Notes: generated by a model from the letters alone, not told the origin. Shown: positions 8,037 through 18,526, counted from the stretch's first letter. The stretch is DNA of 64,000 bases from Pseudobacteriovorax sp. (GCA_050293845.1 JBNKNM010000005.1:1-64000), one strand, 5' to 3'. Numbers and translations are program-made.

Positions 8037-11000
8037 GTGGACACTGGAGCAAGTGGCATGATCATAAAACAATTATATCGGAATCTCTCTTTTATTTTCA
8101 TTTTAATAGCTATGGTGACAGTGGGCGCCATTTATCAGTTCTCATTATTGCCAATTAGCCTTTACCCGGCCACTAGTAAGCCCACTATACGGGCCTGGCT
8201 CAACCCTAAAGGTGTTGATCAACAAGAATTTATCAGTGATTGGGGGTTGAGAATTGAAGAAACCCTTTTAAACTTGGATGGAGTGACCAAAGTTACCGGT
8301 GACTATTATCCTTCTTCATTTGGCTATCGCATTGAATTTGATTGGAATCATGACTCCAATGAGGCTTTAGCAGAAGTTCGTAGCAGTCTGGGGGTATTCA
8401 ATAGTCGCATGCCACGGCATTGGGGGAATTTTTGGATCAATGAAGGTCAGGGAAACTCTGGTCGGATCTTGATGATGGCACATTCATCAGAAATGCCACC
8501 GCAAAAAGTAGGAACTTTACTTCACAAAAAACTGGTTCCCCAGCTACAACGTGTTGAGGGATTAGAGAATGCTTTTGTAACCTTAAGAGATGAAACCGAG
8601 GTGATAGTCCAGTTGGATTTAGAGCGTCTCTACCAATACAAAATTTCCCCCTACGATGTTCGCAGTGCTATTTCCCAAAGGCAGTTCGATAAAAAACTTG
8701 GAATTATGAGGTTTAAAGATGGTTCTTCATATGAAATTACCGGCGCTTTAAAGATTGGCGATATTGAAGCTTTACGCCAAACTATCATTCAAACTCGTGG
8801 TGCTCAAACCATTCGATTAAAAGATCTCGCAACGGTTAGCGAGGAGCAAAGAGAAGAAGATGAAGTAAACCATGCAAATGGACATCGCAGCCTTTTCTTA
8901 ATGGCTTACCCTAAGCCTGATGCCAATCTAAAAAATACCGCCGATGGGGTTCAGGAGGTAGTACAGCGCTTTCTAAAAGCTCACCCCAATATAATTATCG
9001 ATACTGTTGCCAGCCCCTCTAAATTCATTAATCGCGCGGTCAGGAATGTTACCATAGCTGTAATTTCTGCAATGACCATCGCTAGCTTTATTGTATTTCT
9101 ATTCTTTGGAAGTTTTCGTAACTCTATTATAATTTCACTATCAATGCCTTTATCACTGTGCATGACCTTAATCATTATGCAGGTTTTTGGTGTGGGCATT
9201 AATCTTCTTTCATTAGGAGGGATGGCCATCGCAGTTGGTATGGTTGTTGATAGTACTATAGTCACATTGGAAAATATAGTAAGACGTATGAATGAACAGC
9301 AACCCGTAAGTTTTGATCAGCGTCTGAATGTGATATATCTAGCCGTAAAAGAGGTTGCCAACTCTGTCATTGCCTCTGCTCTCACAACCGTAATAGTTTT
9401 TTTCCCCATGATATTTACAGCTCCTTTGGCAGCCGCTGTACTAGGTGATTTAGCCATCGTTATGGTATGTGTTATAACCATGTCGCTCCTTGTTTCTTTT
9501 TTCATTATCCCTTCACTATACCTCTGGACGTCACAAAACAAGAAAGAAACATCTCGCCCTATATTTTCTAGAATATTTATGTCAGGATTTGATGCCATCG
9601 AAAACATCTATATACGAAGCTTAAAATTAATATTTCGCAGACCCACCATAATATTATCGCTTTTTATAGTTATTCTTGGTCTTCTCGGCGGCAGTGTTTT
9701 TCTCTTTACAGATGTTATCCCTAGGGAGATTATGCCCACACCAAAAACAGATATGATGATTTTAGGGATCGAAATGAAAAACCGAGGAAACAAAGTCGAA
9801 GATGTAGAAAGTATAATATATGATTATGAGCAAGCTATGATCCACGAGTTTGCAGGTGTTTTTTCGGGGATTTATGCTGGCATTGATAATCATGATGTCT
9901 GGATTGCGGGACACCTCAAGGATCTTGATAAGTATGACGCTGTGAAACAACTCATGGAAGAGCGTTTCACCAATCAATTTGATTTTTCAGTTAATATATC
10001 TTCCTGGGCACCGAGCAAATTGGAAATCCCCTCCCCTCCTGATCTTCGCATTTATATCTCGAAAGAGAATCCAGATGAAGCTAGAGAAGAACTAAGAAAA
10101 TTACAAGAATCTCTTAACCAAAACTCAAAATTAACAAATATAAGAACCCGACCGGGAATATGGAAGCACAACCGATTCGTACTCAATTTTGAGGAAGAAC
10201 AAATTCGCAGAATCAGCGCTACAAATGGCAATCAACTGGATATCAACTTTATTCAGGATCTGGTGCAATATGCCGTTGAAAAACAGTTTTTACAGCCAAT
10301 TCGCATTAATGGTGAAGAACATCAATTATATATGCAATATAATCCCGAAAAGTTCGTCAGCCTTCAGGATCTTAGCAATATTATGCTTCCATTGGGAAAA
10401 CAGGTCATTCCTCTCCGTAGTCTGGTAGATCTCAATTTGGAAAGCCAATGGGGTCATTATAAGAATGAAGATAGTAAACAAGTTTATTATATTGAAGCCA
10501 ATATTAAAGAAATACATAAGGGAGATAAGGCTGCCATTATCGCAAAACTCAAGCAACAACTCGTCACCGATGGTATCGAAATAGAATCTATCAGTTTTTA
10601 TGACCCCACTACAGAAGTTGATGAAAACATTAATTCTCTTTTGACGGCAATCATGATTTCTTTAGCATTGATTCTCATGGTTATCACAGTTCAGTTCGGC
10701 AATCTAAAACTAAGTCTTATTGCCATGACAGCGATTCCTCTTGGTTTTATAGGTGTTGCCTTTTCGCTGTTTCTTTTCGATGAAAAGTTATCTATTAACT
10801 CGATGTTGGGTCTTATCCTCCTCTGCGGAACTGCGGTAAATAATTCCATCATCTTCATCGATTTTTTTGTAAGAAATTATCAAAATCGTGGGGAAAAAAC
10901 ATTGGATGAAGTGCTGATCAATACTGCTCGTTTGCGTTTTAAACCCATTATGATGACAACTCTAACAACCATCATTGGCATGCTTCCTATCGCCTTCGGA

Positions 11001-12440
11001 TTTGGTAGCGGAGGAGAAATATTGCGCTCACTAGGTGTAACTGTCTCTGGAGGATTAGGTGTTTCAACATTTCTTACGCTTATTTTTATTCCCCTAGGTC
11101 TAAGGATTACCACCCTAGTGCAAACTAGAGAAAAAAAACCTACTATGGCGCGCCTTCAGCCTAAAATTTTATGGGTTATAATAGGTTTACTCAGTGCATC
11201 TTTTCTTGATACTCCCCTGGCACGAGCCAACTCTTGGAGTCTCCGTGATGTTGAAACAAGAGCTTTGCAATTATCTCCACAATCCCAGCTAGCTCTCTGG
11301 AATATGAAACAATCTGAAATGTTAAAACAAGAAACTATTGCTTCATCGCTTCCTTCATTAAACTATTTGTACCGAAAAAAGAGAATCGGCACTAGTCCTA
11401 TCAGAGAAGGAGAATTAGGTAACCTACACAGTATATCAATTACCCAAAGGCTTGCTAACCCCTACCGTGAATATCAAAAATTAAATGGGGTTGAACATCT
11501 AAAGGCATCTTATAGTAAGGAATATCAGCATAATCTGATCGAGATTAAATCTGACATCTGGTTAAAATACTTTGATGTGATTTACCAGCAGAAGCGACTG
11601 CAAAGTATGCAGGAACTGCTGAATCAATTTACACCACGCTATAAAGAACAAGAGCAACGCTTCAATAATGGTTTGATTAATATAGACGATTTGCAGCGAT
11701 TTCGTATCCAATGGGAAGCCGTTTCCTATCAAGTTTCCCAGCGAAAAACTTTTTACCAGGCAGCCAAATTGAGATTAGCAACATTGCTGGCGGCAAAAGT
11801 TGATGATCTGGATTTATTACAGCAAGATTTTCCGGAATCATTCGACCTTCAGGATATATTCAAAACACAGATCGATCCGTTATTGAAAAATCCAAAAAGC
11901 CTCCAACGAGAGGCCTTAGAACATGAAATTGCTTATAAAAAAAGCGTTGCTAATGATGCAAAATATGATTACCTCCCAAATCTAGACCTCAGATATGAAA
12001 GTAATTTTCTTAATGGCACTAGAGAGAATAATATTGTTCTTGAGGCAAATTGGTCTATTTTTTCAGGTTTTCAAGATCGTAATGCTGAAATTAGAAAGCA
12101 ATGGGACCTCAAAAATAGTTCACTACAACTTCAACAACAATCTCAAGATTGGAAACTTGCATTGATCGAACTCTGGGCAACTTTAGCGGATCTTGAAGCT
12201 CATCGTCAGCAGCTGAAGGCTGAGACCCAATCGTATCGAAAATTATTACATAGTTCACAAGTCAGGTATAATGCTGGACAAATCTCGGCAATGGACCTGT
12301 ATAACGATATGGAAGACCTTATCACATCTGTCAATGCATACTGGGAAGCAAACTTCGCCATAGTCTCCAATCTGGCCTACTTAGCCAAACATATAGATAA
12401 GGAGGAGGTCTTCTACACTATGATGGAAATTAGATCTTGA
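8037..12440 (+). CDS. RND (AcrB-family) permease fused to a C-terminal TolC-like outer-membrane factor
   Basis: aa 1-~1025 form a 12-TM RND pump (INLLSLGGMAIAVGMVVDSTIVTLENI, SALTTVIVFFP, RFKPIMMTTLTTIIGMLPIA). aa ~1065-1467 have the OMF pattern (LPSL, RFNNGLI, YLPNLDL, WSIFSG, RYNAGQIS). Confidence 0.85.
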   Translation: MDTGASGMIIKQLYRNLSFIFILIAMVTVGAIYQFSLLPISLYPATSKPTIRAWLNPKGVDQQEFISDWGLRIEETLLNLDGVTKVTGDYYPSSFGYRIEFDWNHDSNEALAEVRSSLGVFNSRMPRHWGNFWINEGQGNSGRILMMAHSSEMPPQKVGTLLHKKLVPQLQRVEGLENAFVTLRDETEVIVQLDLERLYQYKISPYDVRSAISQRQFDKKLGIMRFKDGSSYEITGALKIGDIEALRQTIIQTRGAQTIRLKDLATVSEEQREEDEVNHANGHRSLFLMAYPKPDANLKNTADGVQEVVQRFLKAHPNIIIDTVASPSKFINRAVRNVTIAVISAMTIASFIVFLFFGSFRNSIIISLSMPLSLCMTLIIMQVFGVGINLLSLGGMAIAVGMVVDSTIVTLENIVRRMNEQQPVSFDQRLNVIYLAVKEVANSVIASALTTVIVFFPMIFTAPLAAAVLGDLAIVMVCVITMSLLVSFFIIPSLYLWTSQNKKETSRPIFSRIFMSGFDAIENIYIRSLKLIFRRPTIILSLFIVILGLLGGSVFLFTDVIPREIMPTPKTDMMILGIEMKNRGNKVEDVESIIYDYEQAMIHEFAGVFSGIYAGIDNHDVWIAGHLKDLDKYDAVKQLMEERFTNQFDFSVNISSWAPSKLEIPSPPDLRIYISKENPDEAREELRKLQESLNQNSKLTNIRTRPGIWKHNRFVLNFEEEQIRRISATNGNQLDINFIQDLVQYAVEKQFLQPIRINGEEHQLYMQYNPEKFVSLQDLSNIMLPLGKQVIPLRSLVDLNLESQWGHYKNEDSKQVYYIEANIKEIHKGDKAAIIAKLKQQLVTDGIEIESISFYDPTTEVDENINSLLTAIMISLALILMVITVQFGNLKLSLIAMTAIPLGFIGVAFSLFLFDEKLSINSMLGLILLCGTAVNNSIIFIDFFVRNYQNRGEKTLDEVLINTARLRFKPIMMTTLTTIIGMLPIAFGFGSGGEILRSLGVTVSGGLGVSTFLTLIFIPLGLRITTLVQTREKKPTMARLQPKILWVIIGLLSASFLDTPLARANSWSLRDVETRALQLSPQSQLALWNMKQSEMLKQETIASSLPSLNYLYRKKRIGTSPIREGELGNLHSISITQRLANPYREYQKLNGVEHLKASYSKEYQHNLIEIKSDIWLKYFDVIYQQKRLQSMQELLNQFTPRYKEQEQRFNNGLINIDDLQRFRIQWEAVSYQVSQRKTFYQAAKLRLATLLAAKVDDLDLLQQDFPESFDLQDIFKTQIDPLLKNPKSLQREALEHEIAYKKSVANDAKYDYLPNLDLRYESNFLNGTRENNIVLEANWSIFSGFQDRNAEIRKQWDLKNSSLQLQQQSQDWKLALIELWATLADLEAHRQQLKAETQSYRKLLHSSQVRYNAGQISAMDLYNDMEDLITSVNAYWEANFAIVSNLAYLAKHIDKEEVFYTMMEIRS

Positions 12441-12598
12441 AACCTGATAGGAACATCCGCGCCCCCTGTCCCCCTGTTCATTCACTAGCTTGAAATCTTT
12501 AAGCTTATTTTGCTGCGATTTGGAGCGAAGGTAGGATTGCATTAAGCCCATAACTGTGCCATCCTCTACCGGGACTACCTTAAAAATCGAGAGCAATT

Positions 12599-13420
12599 AT
12601 GTCTAAGCCAATCAACCTTTCTAATACCAAGGCCCTTGTTTCTCTACTGGACCTATTTGTTTTGGTAGGAGCCGTTGTAACCATGTCTTTATGGGCTTTG
12701 AAATACGACCTTTTATACTCACCCCATAGTCCCGTCATTTCACCGTTCACGGCCTTTTCCCTACTGCTCATGTCGGGAGGGCGATTAGCATTGCGCCACT
12801 TGACAGCCTTCCCTATGCTCCTAACTATGTCATGGTTAGGTATCACAATTGGTGGTAATATATCATCGATTCTGGTTCAATGGATGTTTCCGACATTAAT
12901 TACTGATACATTCCCCCACCTCGTACCGACTTCGATCATGACTTCTGGAGGCTTGATCATTTTCTGCTGCTACGAATTGCTAGTGATATTGCGAAAAACT
13001 CCTCAACAGGCATTCATTCTTGATGATATTCTTCTACACTTGGCCCTTGTACCTGGAGGTATGAGCCTATTAGGACATGCTTTGGGAAATCCTTACTATA
13101 TCTCCTCAAACTATGATCCCAGGGTAGGTATCAATCTTTTAGAAATGATTTTCATGGCAGCTTTTGCACTATCATCGGCTCTTAATAATCATGAGCTTTT
13201 TCTCTGGAGTTTCCTAAAGGAAAAACTGTCCAATCGCTTAATTTTTATCACTTTATTTATCAACCAATATATGGCACCCGTTGTGGTTGCATGGCTCATT
13301 AACTCCCAAGGACCAGGTGCGGGCCTAGAATTATTCATCATGCTTGGTGGTGTTTTTGCTACTCTGATGTTTTTATCGATTAATTCATACCTTGCATACC
13401 CTCAAATGGCCGATAGATAG
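12599..13420 (+). CDS. Hypothetical multi-pass membrane protein (sensor-domain-like)
   Basis: 273 aa with about eight hydrophobic segments and no soluble domain. Confidence 0.6.
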   Translation: MSKPINLSNTKALVSLLDLFVLVGAVVTMSLWALKYDLLYSPHSPVISPFTAFSLLLMSGGRLALRHLTAFPMLLTMSWLGITIGGNISSILVQWMFPTLITDTFPHLVPTSIMTSGGLIIFCCYELLVILRKTPQQAFILDDILLHLALVPGGMSLLGHALGNPYYISSNYDPRVGINLLEMIFMAAFALSSALNNHELFLWSFLKEKLSNRLIFITLFINQYMAPVVVAWLINSQGPGAGLELFIMLGGVFATLMFLSINSYLAYPQMADR

Positions 13421-16267
13421 CTAGGCTGACTTTGGCAAACTCTTTTTGGAACAAGGGTCCAATATGAACATACTAGCGGGTAATGTGAGTGAATATCGAA
13501 AAGGAACCGCTTCCTTCACAGTGCTAACATTCTCAAGGAACTCAATAGATACTGTCCCACCATTTTTTTCCACATAAGAGCGTACGGCATCTAAGCCAAC
13601 ACCACGACCTGATATTTCAGTCACCGTACTAACAGTGGAAAATCCAGGGGAAAAAATTAGCTCAGCAATTTTTTCAGGTTCTTGCTCTTGATCTGAAATC
13701 AGATTTTTTGTAACTCCCATAGCTTTGAGTTTTTTTAGGTTTAATCCACATCCATCATCATTGAATTGTATCAATAGTCTTTCTTCTTCCATAATCAGTT
13801 GTAACCTGAGTTGACCCATGATGGGCTTACCAAGTTTTTTTCTGATATCAGCTTTCTCTAATCCGTGATCTATAGCGTTTCTTATAAGATGAACAAAGAC
13901 ATTTTCAAGTAATATAGCTGCCTGCTTTGTAAACAGGACTGGACAAGCTATAATCTCAACTTTGGGTGGGTGCTTTCCAAGCTCTTTTGCCAAAGCATCA
14001 GCCCGTAAAAATATTTTTCCAAATAGTGTTTTGGTGTCTGAATAGTAAGCATAGTAGATAGTTTTTTCAAGATTTACATACTTTTCGCGCAATTCCTGAG
14101 GTAATTCCTTAAAAAGGTTCAAACTTGATGTGATAGTTTCTAAAGAAAAAATTTCATTCACTCCCTGCTTGCGACCCAATTTTTCATTATTTAATTTTAT
14201 ATATTCATCTAATATGTTACTGACGCATTTATTGTAATCCCATAAAATGGCCTGATTCCATTTTTCTTCTTTTTTTTGCAATGCAGCACAGTATGCTTCA
14301 GCCTGATGAATAGCATCCACCAAATCCTTGAAGCTGGCACTTCGTGCCAGACCTTTCATAGTATGGTAGTTGATAAAAATTTCATTTAGACTAAGTTCAT
14401 CACTTTCCTTATGTTTAGCAATTAGTTCATGATTTGCTTTTATAAAACTTTGGCATTGGTTAAAAAATTGCAAACATGCATCTTGAGAAATTTCTAGGAT
14501 TTCAGCAATGCGTATCATTTCATTACGATGTATTTTAGTTTGATTCTCTAACGATCTCAGTTCAGTGACATCTCTTGCCACGACAAGAATTTTTTCTACA
14601 ATGTCATCAGCATTCACAATAGATTGCCAATCCAATGCAATAACTTTATCGTGTAATATAATTTCTCCGGGTAAATGAGGAGAATTGGTTGAAAAATTTA
14701 TGGCATCCTCTCCAAGAGAACTTACCAAAGTAAACCGTATCCTATCAATGTCATCCTCTGAAAGATTGCTATCCCGAAACATCAAGTCTATAGGGTTTTT
14801 ACCAGCTAGATCACGATGTCCTGTAATGTTTTCCAAGCGTTTTGAATAGTGATCATCAATAGTTAGATTTGGTAAAATCGAAAAAATACCTTGTCCTATA
14901 TGGGCCAGAATTGTTGAGATTTGTCTGGTTTTTTCTGCAACGAGCTTTTCAACTTGACCGACATATGCTTTTAGTGATGAATTCAATGATCTTAATTTAT
15001 CTCCCATGGCTACCGAATACAATATACCTTCAGTAACGAGCCCGATATCGATGGCATGTACGGTTAAATAATGTAAAGGCAGATAGCCTAGTGTCATGAG
15101 GATCGTTGTAGTAGCGCCAATAACCAATGGTAAGGCTGCTAAAGCAAATAATACGGCTTCCCGCTTTTTTTCGATGATTTGAATGGTTACAATGATTACA
15201 AGCATAACTACTAATAAAAGTAGAATATAATTGCGTAAGTCAGGAAAAAAATAAATGGGGATCATTAAAGCTATATCTACTTTAAATATAAAGTCACAAA
15301 TGCGGTGTTCCCAGAGTCTGGTAAAATATCTTAAAAAGATAATATAAGAAAAGCACATCACTGTAGCCCCTAGACTTTGAATCTGAGTCGCGTAGATACC
15401 TAAGCCGTCAGAAACTAGGGTTGTAAGTACATTTTCGTTGGCAATGAATATTGATATTGAGCTTAAAAAGAAAACATAAGCTAAATAGGCGATGCTTCTA
15501 GACACTAGAAAAATAGCAAAATTATAAATAATAAGAGCAAGCATAGCTCCAAAATAGCCAGCCATAAACATGATATTTGATGATTTTTCTTTGAGAAAAT
15601 TTTCTTCATCTAATACTTGGAAGGACATTTTGCTACTTGCTTGGACGTATACGTCCAAATCATTAACAATCTGTATAGGTATTGCCCTTACATAACCAGA
15701 TTCATATCTATCAAATCGCAGCGATGGAAACATATTACCATCTACAACTGTTCTAATTATTTCTCCATTCTGCATGAGAAACAGTTTTGAATATTTACTA
15801 ATATCATACTTTAAATAAATTCTTTTAGGTTCACCGACATTTTTTAATCGTATATGGTAAACAACACTAGTAGCACTAACTCCCAGATTGATTGTAGATG
15901 TAACAGATCGGCTAAATTTTTCATTACTATCATCAAGAAACTCTTCTAAAGGAGTGGCATTGATTTTTCTATTATACAAATCCCAATATTTCACCATATA
16001 TGTTTTCATATCTTTGGCTGTAAGAGATAAATAATGATCATTATCAAAATTTTCCTGCCAGAATTGTTTTTGTTCCTTTTGGCTTAATATCACAGCATGG
16101 GGATCAATGGCGTAAGCTATATTTCCTGGCAGCGGATCATATCTTGAAAAATTTTCACCAATGATCATGGGACGTGGTGACTCTGCTTTCAACCTTGGCA
16201 GATACAAAAGTATAAAAAAAGCAGTAATAATTTGACTAAGATACTGAAATCTCACTATGGAACTCAA
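13421..16267 (-). CDS. 7TM-DISM sensor with PAS-like, Hpt and CheA-type HATPase domains
   Basis: Extracellular domain plus seven TMs, Hpt motif YHTMKGLA, and CheA-type HATPase motifs HLIRNAIDHG, DDGCG, IFSPGFST and SGRGVGLDAV. Confidence 0.85.
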   Translation of the reverse strand: MSSIVRFQYLSQIITAFFILLYLPRLKAESPRPMIIGENFSRYDPLPGNIAYAIDPHAVILSQKEQKQFWQENFDNDHYLSLTAKDMKTYMVKYWDLYNRKINATPLEEFLDDSNEKFSRSVTSTINLGVSATSVVYHIRLKNVGEPKRIYLKYDISKYSKLFLMQNGEIIRTVVDGNMFPSLRFDRYESGYVRAIPIQIVNDLDVYVQASSKMSFQVLDEENFLKEKSSNIMFMAGYFGAMLALIIYNFAIFLVSRSIAYLAYVFFLSSISIFIANENVLTTLVSDGLGIYATQIQSLGATVMCFSYIIFLRYFTRLWEHRICDFIFKVDIALMIPIYFFPDLRNYILLLLVVMLVIIVTIQIIEKKREAVLFALAALPLVIGATTTILMTLGYLPLHYLTVHAIDIGLVTEGILYSVAMGDKLRSLNSSLKAYVGQVEKLVAEKTRQISTILAHIGQGIFSILPNLTIDDHYSKRLENITGHRDLAGKNPIDLMFRDSNLSEDDIDRIRFTLVSSLGEDAINFSTNSPHLPGEIILHDKVIALDWQSIVNADDIVEKILVVARDVTELRSLENQTKIHRNEMIRIAEILEISQDACLQFFNQCQSFIKANHELIAKHKESDELSLNEIFINYHTMKGLARSASFKDLVDAIHQAEAYCAALQKKEEKWNQAILWDYNKCVSNILDEYIKLNNEKLGRKQGVNEIFSLETITSSLNLFKELPQELREKYVNLEKTIYYAYYSDTKTLFGKIFLRADALAKELGKHPPKVEIIACPVLFTKQAAILLENVFVHLIRNAIDHGLEKADIRKKLGKPIMGQLRLQLIMEEERLLIQFNDDGCGLNLKKLKAMGVTKNLISDQEQEPEKIAELIFSPGFSTVSTVTEISGRGVGLDAVRSYVEKNGGTVSIEFLENVSTVKEAVPFRYSLTLPASMFILDPCSKKSLPKSA

Positions 16268-16403
16268 ATTTTTATAAGTACAAGGAATCTAAGGATAATC
16301 TACAGCTCTATTGTACCATAGCTTGGTTTTGCATCACTACAAGGCTTATTAGGAACTTTTTACAGATGTGATATTAGTGACCAAATGATATTCGTAGAGC
16401 CCT

Positions 16404-17282
16404 TCATTTTTTTGTGGTAGATACCGTCTTGACTTCGATATCAGTTTCGTAGAGCTTCCAGTTTAAGTATGAGAGAATATCAGGAATAACGTTATGATTA
16501 GGTTCATGAACAAAAAAATATATTTTTATACCTCGCTGACGCCAAAGTGTTAGTTTTTTGATCCAATTACGGATCCTAGACTCATCTTTTCCAGAATTAA
16601 AATAGGCTAAAAACCGAATCATCACGTAAGGCTGAGTTAAGGATAAATGCACCGCATCACGTCGCCCAGGAGTATCGGAAATTACAGTGGATTTACCGTG
16701 TTTATAAAGCAGATTAATCACATGATCATGAAGCATATGATTAGTAAACCAGCTAGGATGCCTAAATTCAAAGGCAATGTTGAGACTTTTAGGAAGCTTT
16801 TCTAGTAAAATCAGCAAATCGTCAGAATAGTTCCTAGAAAACGTTTCTGGTAATTGAATAAAAGGTAGACCTGCATGATCACCCAAATGTTCTAGCATAC
16901 GAAGAAAGTTTAAAATTTCATTATCGTATGAACGTTTCCTGAGGTGCGCTGAAACTAATTGAGACATTTTTACACAAAAATGAAACTCATTAGGGACTAC
17001 TCGCAGCCATTCTTCGATCTGTGCTTTACCTGGAATACTATAGAAACTCGCATTAAACTCGATAGTATTATACATTTTACTGTAGTGAAACAGATAATCC
17101 CTAGGCTTGGTTCCTAGGGGATAGACCTTTTCCACCCATCCCGGACACCCCCACAGGGGAGCACCGGTTCGGATGAACCCACTTTGCCCCCAAGCAATAT
17201 TGAGAAATCGGGAGGTTCGTCTTTGGTCGGGAGGTAAAGTTAAGTCTAGTCCTGAAAAGGAATCAACACGCCCAAAATGCAT
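16404..17282 (-). CDS. DUF72 domain protein (YecE-like TIM barrel)
   Basis: LFHYSKMYNTIEFNASFYSIP, FHFCVK, IQLP, AFEFRHPSW and IYFFVH. Confidence 0.85.
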   Translation of the reverse strand: MHFGRVDSFSGLDLTLPPDQRRTSRFLNIAWGQSGFIRTGAPLWGCPGWVEKVYPLGTKPRDYLFHYSKMYNTIEFNASFYSIPGKAQIEEWLRVVPNEFHFCVKMSQLVSAHLRKRSYDNEILNFLRMLEHLGDHAGLPFIQLPETFSRNYSDDLLILLEKLPKSLNIAFEFRHPSWFTNHMLHDHVINLLYKHGKSTVISDTPGRRDAVHLSLTQPYVMIRFLAYFNSGKDESRIRNWIKKLTLWRQRGIKIYFFVHEPNHNVIPDILSYLNWKLYETDIEVKTVSTTKK

Positions 17283-17357
17283 CCTATGGCTCTACACAAA
17301 AAACAGCAAAAGGGACTCAAAACTAGTTTCCAACCTCAGCATCAAAACAGGCTATCC

Positions 17358-18512
17358 TCATTGGACGTCTAATGCTTGCTTCAAATCCAAAATCAAGTCA
17401 TCAGCCGACTCTATACCAATGGAGAGCCGTAACAGATTTGGTCCAATACCAAGCTGCTGACGCATTTCAGGAGGGACCGAAGCATGGGTCATTTTTTCGG
17501 GATGATTCACCAATGACTCTACTCCCCCCAGGCTTTCAGCTAGTTCAAAAAGCTTCAAGTTCTTCAAGAATCTAAGCACATCGCTATAATCACCTTTCAT
17601 ATTGAAGCTCAGCATACCCCCAAATCCTCGCATCTGCTCTTTCGCTAGATGATGATGACTGTGGCTTTCCAGCCCTGGGTAGAACACATCCTCAACCTTA
17701 TTATGGCCTTGTAAAAAATGCGCTACATCCATAGCATTATTACAGTGTCGATCCATACGTACAGCTAGGGTTTTGATACTCCTGAGCAACAAGAATGCTT
17801 CAAAAGGTCCAGGAACAGCACCTGCCGCGAATTGGATATACTTGACCTTCTCATACAATTCCTCATCAGCAGTCATTACTGCCCCTCCGATAATGTCGGA
17901 ATGACCGCCAATATACTTCGTGGTGCTATGCATCACAATATCAGCTCCCAGGGAGAGAGGTGCCTGCAATAAAGGGGAAGCAAAGGTGTTATCTACGACC
18001 AGCAAGGCCCCCGCTTGCTTTGAAATTTTGGATATAGCGGCGATATCGATGACTTTCAGCAACGGATTAGTTGGTGTTTCTACCCAAATCATTTGCGTTT
18101 GGGAACTGATCGCATCTTGCACCGTGGCAAGATTGGTCATATCAATGAATTTAAAACTAAGATTGTATTTGCCATAAAGGGTACGGAATAAGCGTCCAGT
18201 ACCCCCATAGACATCATCGCAGACTAATATTTCAGCTCCCGGTTCAAGGACCTGAATAATAGCCTGCTCCGCAGCCAAACCAGAAGAAAAGGCGAGGCCA
18301 TACTTGGTACTCTCCAGAGCCGCTAATGAGTCTTCTAAGGCGTCTCGTGTGGGATTTCCAGCCCGCGAGTAATCCCAGCCTTGATGCTCACCAGGAGCTT
18401 GCTGCACATAAGTTGAAGTTTGAAAAATCGGAGTCATGATCGCCCCTGTGTGGGGTTCCGGCTCTACTCCTGCGTGCACAACTTTCGTAAAATCCGTTGG
18501 GTTTATGGACAT
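17358..18512 (-). CDS. Cystathionine gamma-synthase/lyase (PLP trans-sulfuration enzyme)
   Basis: PIFQTSTY, YSRAGNPTR, ETPTNP, the PLP-Lys motif HSTTKYIGGHSD, AESLGGVESL and LRLSIGIE. Confidence 0.92.
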   Translation of the reverse strand: MSINPTDFTKVVHAGVEPEPHTGAIMTPIFQTSTYVQQAPGEHQGWDYSRAGNPTRDALEDSLAALESTKYGLAFSSGLAAEQAIIQVLEPGAEILVCDDVYGGTGRLFRTLYGKYNLSFKFIDMTNLATVQDAISSQTQMIWVETPTNPLLKVIDIAAISKISKQAGALLVVDNTFASPLLQAPLSLGADIVMHSTTKYIGGHSDIIGGAVMTADEELYEKVKYIQFAAGAVPGPFEAFLLLRSIKTLAVRMDRHCNNAMDVAHFLQGHNKVEDVFYPGLESHSHHHLAKEQMRGFGGMLSFNMKGDYSDVLRFLKNLKLFELAESLGGVESLVNHPEKMTHASVPPEMRQQLGIGPNLLRLSIGIESADDLILDLKQALDVQ

Positions 18513-18526
18513 GGCCTGGCCTTCTA

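Noticed and set aside
5351..12440. SCO/PCuAC plus RND pump as one copper-resistance (Cus-like) locus
   Set aside because: They are separated by another gene and a 350-bp gap with its own promoter, and I could not identify CusA/CusB Met motifs.
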